DNA from: an uncultured Dehalococcoidales bacterium
Lineage (GTDB): Bacteria > Chloroflexota > Dehalococcoidia > GIF9 > AB-539-J10
DNA length: 39,721 nt
NCBI GenBank assembly: GCA_964429285.1
Contig: CAYSBO010000004.1
Location: forward strand, 1-39,721
Direction: 5' to 3'
The translations under genes and the position numbers were made by a program. The notes beneath the pieces are model-generated. The model ran no database searches, had not been told where the DNA came from, and saw only the letters and a list, made by a program, of their open reading frames with translations. Position 1 is the first letter of the stretch, and each line of letters begins with the position of its first letter. Of the stretch, positions 37,007 to 39,721 are shown piece by piece.

Positions 37007-37843
37007 GTGAGCCGTGTTAGAAGGCTCGTCCGGAGGATTCCAACGATAGTGGTGTATGTTGCCGGCGTTGATATTGGCTCTGCTTTTTCCAAAGCAGTCA
37101 TAATGGTCAATAACGAGATTGTATCCTACAGCGTAATACCTTCGGGGGGAAATTACAGGCACGCTGCTGAAGATGTAACCGGGAAGGCTTTGACCAAGGC
37201 AAACCTATCTTGGCAGGACATAGGTTATACAGTAGCCACCGGGTATGGTGCTGCCAATGTCTCCTTCTCCCATTCGATGGTTTCCGACATATCCTGTTTG
37301 GCCAGGGGTGCACACTATCTGTTCCCCGCTGCCCGAACTGCAATCGATATTGGTGGGCAGTATACTAGGGTGTTGAGGCTGGATGACCGGGGAAAAGCGA
37401 CTGCCTTCCTACTGAGTGAGAAATGCGCTGCCGGGAGTGGGCGGTTCCTTCAGATCATTGCTAAGGTGCTGCAAATTGACCTGAGGGACATCGGGAAGTT
37501 ATCCCTGGAATCTCGAAAGAGAGTCGACTTCAATACCGGTTGTGCCGTATTCGCTGAATCAGAGGCAGTATCCCGTGTTGCTGAAGGTGCTGCCAAGGAG
37601 GATATTTTGGCCGGTCTTCATAGGACCCTGGCAGCTAAAGTCCAGGCCTTGGTGGAGAGGCTTGGGATGGAGCCTGATTGTACCCTGGTTGGTGGGGGAG
37701 CCAAGGACATCGGACTGGTCAAGAGCATAGAAAAGAGCTTGGGGTGTGGTCTTCTGGTTCCTGAGGAGCCTCAGGTTGTAGCTGCTCTGGGTGCGGCTTT
37801 GATAGCTGGGGAAAAAGCCACTGCGAACAAGGCTGCCCATTGA
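37007..37843 (+). CDS. BcrD/BadG/HgdC-type ATPase, copy B (distinct paralog)
   Basis: 278 aa from GTG 37007. An alternative GTG at 37049 has GGAGG 12 nt upstream. Motifs seen: VAGVDIGSAFSKAVIM, DIGGQYTRVL, and the Cys pair in SEKCAAGSGRFLQ and NTGCAVFAESE. Confidence 0.82.
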   Translation: MSRVRRLVRRIPTIVVYVAGVDIGSAFSKAVIMVNNEIVSYSVIPSGGNYRHAAEDVTGKALTKANLSWQDIGYTVATGYGAANVSFSHSMVSDISCLARGAHYLFPAARTAIDIGGQYTRVLRLDDRGKATAFLLSEKCAAGSGRFLQIIAKVLQIDLRDIGKLSLESRKRVDFNTGCAVFAESEAVSRVAEGAAKEDILAGLHRTLAAKVQALVERLGMEPDCTLVGGGAKDIGLVKSIEKSLGCGLLVPEEPQVVAALGAALIAGEKATANKAAH

Positions 37844-37891
37844 TTTCGGGGTGAGCGGAGCTCGAGAGCAGATTGAGGATGCGAGCCCGGG

Positions 37892-39097
37892 CTATGGCAT
37901 GTTTGAGGTGCTCTTGCTTACAAACCTGCCCATTCTTCTCAGTGCTTCCTCGATGTTAGGCAGTGAAGTAGCGTAGCAACAACGGACAAAACCTTCACCG
38001 CAGGCTCCGAAAGCGGTGCCCGGGACCACAGCGACTTTTTCTTCCCTCAGTAGCTTTTCAGCGAACTCCTCTGAACTCATTCCAGTGGCTCTTATGGAAG
38101 GAAAGGCATAGAAGGCACCCTTCGGCTCGAAACAGGATAAACCAATGTCATTAAGTCTCTTCACCATTAGGCGGCGGCGTCTGTTATACTCTTGAACCAT
38201 CTTTTCCACTTCAGCTTCGCCGTTTCGTAAGGCTTCGATGGCCGCCATCTGTGCCATCGTTGGTGCGGAGAGCATAGTATACTGATGGATTTTTGTCAGG
38301 GCCTCGACAAAACGGCGGTCGGCTGCCACATAGCCAATGCGCCAGCCAGTCATGGCGTGAGATTTGGAAAATCCACTCACCAGGATGGTGCGCTCCTTCG
38401 CGTTGCGAAGGGTGGGAAAACAAATATGATCCACTCCGTAGATCAGTCGGGCGTATATCTCATCGGATACCACCACTAAGTTGTGCTTTACGGCCACCTG
38501 GACGATAATATTGGCCTCTGCTGTAGACATAACTGCACCCGTGGGATTAGCTGGGTAGCCTAATAGAATAGCCTTGGTCTGTTTCGTGATACGGGCTTCC
38601 ACGTCGGTTGCCCTGACCACAAAACTGTTTTCTTCGTTTGTGGGAACCGGAACGGGCACACCGCCGGCCAGAATGATATTGGCTGGGTAGGCTACATAGC
38701 AAGGGTCAGGAATTATGACCTCGTCACCAGGGTTGATAATCGCTCTCATAGCAAGGTCTAATCCTTCACTACTGCCCGTAGTAATGAGAATTTCATGCTC
38801 AGGATGATAGCTCAGTCCGTAGCGACGCTCTAGATAATTGCCCAGTTCCTGGCGCAGTTCCGGCATGCCGGAGTTTGAGGTATACATGGTATAACCTTTG
38901 TCCAGAGAATAAGTGCCTGCCTCTCTGATGTGCCAGGGGGTAACAAAGTCGGGCTCTCCTATACCAAGTGAGATGACATCCTCCATGGAGGAAAGGAGAT
39001 CGAAGAACTTCCTGATGCCCGATGGTGGGAGGCCATTCACTTTTCGAGCCAGCAAATAGTCTCGCGCTTGAAATGTAACCGACTTTGTGTTCAGCAT
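37892..39097 (-). CDS. Class I/II PLP-dependent aminotransferase (aspartate/aromatic/alanine aminotransferase-like)
   Basis: 401 aa. Motifs seen: LGIGEPDF, GYPANPTG, and the PLP-lysine region SGFSKSHAMTGWRIGY. Its start lies 1 nt after the lrp stop. Confidence 0.88.
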   Translation of the reverse strand: MLNTKSVTFQARDYLLARKVNGLPPSGIRKFFDLLSSMEDVISLGIGEPDFVTPWHIREAGTYSLDKGYTMYTSNSGMPELRQELGNYLERRYGLSYHPEHEILITTGSSEGLDLAMRAIINPGDEVIIPDPCYVAYPANIILAGGVPVPVPTNEENSFVVRATDVEARITKQTKAILLGYPANPTGAVMSTAEANIIVQVAVKHNLVVVSDEIYARLIYGVDHICFPTLRNAKERTILVSGFSKSHAMTGWRIGYVAADRRFVEALTKIHQYTMLSAPTMAQMAAIEALRNGEAEVEKMVQEYNRRRRLMVKRLNDIGLSCFEPKGAFYAFPSIRATGMSSEEFAEKLLREEKVAVVPGTAFGACGEGFVRCCYATSLPNIEEALRRMGRFVSKSTSNMP

Positions 39098-39098
39098 G

Positions 39099-39581
39099 TC
39101 ACGGTGTTATGGGTAACCGTCTGTTTGTTTCTTTGGGAAGGTGGAAAGTCTCCCCAGTCTCTTTATATCGTTTGAGGAGGAAGTGAGTTACGGTACTTTG
39201 TACCCTGTCCAAAGTAGCCAGCTTCTCTGTGACAAAAGTGGAAATGTCCTGCATGGTCTTGCCCTTTACTAGTATGGCCAGATCATAGGTGCCGGAAACT
39301 AGATAAGCGGAATACACTTCAGGGAACTGGTAAATGCGCTCAGCTATGGCATCGAAGCCAATACCGCGTTGCGGCGTTATCCTGACTTCAATTAAGGCGC
39401 ATATATCTTCCTTGCCCAGTTGGGGCCAGTTTATTATAGCTTTGTATTTCAGAATGGTACCGTCTTTTTCAGCTTGCTTGATCGTTCTCTCTACCTCGCT
39501 GACAGGTTTGTCCACCATGGTGGAAATCTGTTCAGGAGTTGCCCGGGCATTCTGTTCCAGAATATCAAAAATCTCTTTCAC
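39099..39581 (-). CDS. Lrp/AsnC-family transcriptional regulator
   Basis: 160 aa with an N-terminal wHTH (ILEQNARATPEQISTMVDKPVSEVERTIKQAEKDG) and a C-terminal RAM/ACT-like domain (VYSAYLVSGTYDLAILV). Confidence 0.85.
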   Translation of the reverse strand: MKEIFDILEQNARATPEQISTMVDKPVSEVERTIKQAEKDGTILKYKAIINWPQLGKEDICALIEVRITPQRGIGFDAIAERIYQFPEVYSAYLVSGTYDLAILVKGKTMQDISTFVTEKLATLDRVQSTVTHFLLKRYKETGETFHLPKETNRRLPITP

Positions 39582-39632
39582 GAGTTCTCCTCACGAGCTT
39601 AATTCGACGGCAACCTGGGTATTGCTCAGTTC

Positions 39633-39691
39633 ATTGTAACATAGCTGAAATTATTGTAACACACTGCGAATTGAGTCATAATTATTGTTAC
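39633..39691. promoter_or_regulatory. Repeated ATTGTAAC(A)/ATTGTTAC motif upstream of lrp (candidate operator sites)
   Basis: ATTGTAACA occurs at 39633-39641 and again at 39653-39661, a 20-nt register. The related ATTGTTAC occurs at 39684-39691. All lie in the AT-rich region just upstream of the Lrp-family gene. Confidence 0.3.
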
Positions 39692-39721
39692 CGAAAAGGG
39701 TATCGATGCGTCAAAATTAGT

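Noticed and set aside
36418-37110. A 230-aa - strand ORF spanning the two BCR-type ATPase genes. Similar cases are 33389-33907, 21313-21861, 24969-25538 and 20149-20613.
   Set aside because: All are antisense to genes with clear family signatures, and none shows a recognisable domain or a ribosome-binding site.

Overview
This window appears to come from an anaerobic bacterium. The bacterial origin is supported by a CIRCE-controlled groESL operon and a bacterial-type tsaD.

Nt 1-24300 is a C1/Wood-Ljungdahl redox supercluster.
- (i) One tightly packed + strand operon runs acsB (5' truncated) - acsC - nuoE-like - nuoF-like - cooC - [NiFe] hydrogenase small and large subunits - maturation protease - metV - metV - metF - DUF3786-like gene.
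- (ii) A single 1365-aa ORF fuses a NuoG-like N-terminus, a GltD/NfnB-like NAD(P)H flavoprotein module and a Cys-type molybdopterin formate dehydrogenase.
- (iii) A PAS histidine kinase / NarL-type regulator pair lies on the - strand.
- (iv) A second FDH operon runs small helical protein - nuoE-like - nuoF-like - fdhA, with mobA convergent on it.

The remainder holds a CBS protein plus cation/H+ antiporter, tsaD, an XRE regulator plus DUF2851-like protein, groESL, an M16 peptidase, a four-gene class-I benzoyl-CoA-reductase-like cluster (two catalytic-type and two different ATPase subunits), and an lrp-aminotransferase pair.

I saw no rRNA, tRNA, CRISPR array, transposase or integrase.

The most interesting candidates are:
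- The Tat-less uptake-type hydrogenase + HydBC-type flavoprotein + MetF/MetV/MetV operon, which could be a new kind of methylene-THF reductase complex.
- The FDH-GltD domain-insertion fusion.
- A C-terminal helical domain shared between FdhA-2 and a free-standing small protein.
- A paralogous NuoF-like protein with a remodelled NADH-pocket motif.
- The orphan BCR-like ATP-dependent enzyme.

All functional calls rest on motif recognition by eye and on remembered family signatures. No database search was run.
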